This document shows positions 36,023 to 36,973 of a DNA stretch of 36,973 nucleotides, piece after piece. The notes below the pieces were generated by a model, which worked only from the letters and a program-made list of their open reading frames with translations, made no database searches and was not told the origin of the DNA. The position numbers and the translations under genes were made by a program. This stretch comes from a virus. Lineage: Duplodnaviria > Caudoviricetes. The number at the start of each line of letters is the position of its first letter. The first letter of the stretch is position 1. The stretch spans positions 1 to 36,973 of IMG/VR virus record IMGVR_UViG_3300016649_000276, one strand, 5' to 3'.

Positions 36023-36831
36023 TGGGTCTTATTCAAATATTTACCGATGTAGTAGCAGATACAGGGGTGAAGCATTACCCGGATAGATCCATTAATTCAG
36101 GCACCAAAGCCGTATTTGACGTTGGAGCTGGCGGTGTGTTTGGTGGAGCTAAAAATGTTGCTTCTGGCGATTTAATTTATAGCCTCACATTTTCTGACTC
36201 ATCTGCAACGTTCTCAAAGCCCCATACATATGAAAATGGAGGAATGGTATTTGCCGGTGTCGGTGGTGATCAGTTCAACTTACCGGCAGTTGCCTCACCA
36301 TATGCAGCAGACAAGCACTGGCTGGTGACGATGTGGTTGAAGATTGCAAATTTTGGCGTGGGAACTGCGGGTGTTAATAACCAGACATTCTCATTTTCCA
36401 CTTCGGATATTAATGTTTTAACAGCCGTTACATTAGGTATGTCTATAACGGCTGTAGCTGGGGCATCACCGTCATCAATTGCTGTGTATGTCCGTGGTAA
36501 ATTTTATACCATAACGTTGCCAGCAACCCCGCTATTCGATGGGAGCGTGCACCAGTTTGCCTTAGAGTGTGAAGTTAGTGCCGATAATACACAACAGCGA
36601 GTGTTTGTTTATCTTGACCAGATTCAAGTTTATGCGTCTGGATGGGCAGCTGTAGCTGCAACAATTCCGACAGACCCGACTTACAGATATGTTGGTACTT
36701 CACCAGCATTTCCTAAAGCATGGAGTGGGATTTTTTATCGGTATCGCAAAGATGATCTGACAGCTACTAACAAAGCAGTCGTAGATATTTTGGCAGCTGA
36801 TAAAAACGTCGCTGGCGAGCGATTTGTTTAA
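36022..36831 (+). CDS. Hypothetical beta-rich protein, possible lectin-like partner of the tailspike, 269 aa
   Basis: TAATG coupling to the upstream gene; alternating hydrophobic beta strands ('WLVTMWLKI', 'DGSVHQFALEC', 'VFVYLDQIQV'). Confidence 0.65.
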   Translation: MGLIQIFTDVVADTGVKHYPDRSINSGTKAVFDVGAGGVFGGAKNVASGDLIYSLTFSDSSATFSKPHTYENGGMVFAGVGGDQFNLPAVASPYAADKHWLVTMWLKIANFGVGTAGVNNQTFSFSTSDINVLTAVTLGMSITAVAGASPSSIAVYVRGKFYTITLPATPLFDGSVHQFALECEVSADNTQQRVFVYLDQIQVYASGWAAVAATIPTDPTYRYVGTSPAFPKAWSGIFYRYRKDDLTATNKAVVDILAADKNVAGERFV

Positions 36832-36855
36832 AAATTGAATACTGATGTTTCTTAG

Positions 36856-36870
36856 CGATTTATTTTGCAC
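36856..36870 (+). repeat. attR site R3 (inverted relative to R1/R2)
   Basis: CGATTTATTTTGCAC on the + strand. Confidence 0.8.
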
Positions 36871-36905
36871 TATGCATAAAACTGATTCTAACTCTGTTTT
36901 TTGTT

Positions 36906-36920
36906 ATGCAAAATATATCG
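36906..36920 (-). repeat. attR site R2
   Basis: CGATATATTTTGCAT on the - strand, 22 bp from R1. Confidence 0.85.
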
Positions 36921-36927
36921 TTTTTTT

Positions 36928-36942
36928 ATGCAAAATAAATCG
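36928..36942 (-). repeat. attR site R1
   Basis: CGATTTATTTTGCAT on the - strand, starting at position 11 from the terminal CA. Confidence 0.85.
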
Positions 36943-36973
36943 CGCCGTTACATGTCCTGTTGCCTGGCCTTAT

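Larger units (their letters stand above)
23..36952. mobile_element. Complete Mu-like transposable prophage (contractile tail)
   Basis: Starts TGT at 23 and ends ACA at 36952. A 15-bp repeat begins at position 11 from both termini. Carries a DDE transposase, a MuB ATPase and a Mu-order head/tail gene set. Confidence 0.96.

Noticed and set aside
32414-36850. Invertible G segment, gin, com/mom or a diversity-generating retroelement
   Set aside because: No recombinase, reverse transcriptase, opposite-strand fibre cassette, or long inverted or template repeats were seen.
1-36973. CRISPR array, tRNA or rRNA genes
   Set aside because: No spaced repeat array or cloverleaf was seen; the 23-bp repeat is dispersed and promoter-associated.

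Overview
The window holds one apparently complete Mu-like (transposable) myovirus prophage at 23..36952, with TG...CA termini, 15-bp transposase-binding repeats in the Mu arrangement and about 20 bp of flank on each side. Gene order is c repressor, ner, A, B, an accessory early region, gemA, a single Mor/C-family activator, lysis (GH19 endolysin, holin, embedded spanins), terminase, head, contractile tail and baseplate. It has no recognisable gin invertase or com/mom; an AT-rich module encoding a second receptor-binding protein with an SGNH esterase domain sits there instead. The most interesting signal is non-coding. A 23-bp box (CCACTGAACCyyGTCATATAACT) occurs three times with a -10-like hexamer at a fixed offset. 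In two copies the predicted +1 falls exactly on the A of the start codon (leaderless mRNA). In two copies a perfect 11-12 bp hairpin buries all or part of the start codon only in read-through RNA. Other points: a 4-bp rather than 5-bp flanking repeat, a clear -1 frameshift in the tail chaperone gene, and an EF-hand loop in the endolysin. Family assignments come from motif recognition and synteny by eye; no database searches were run.
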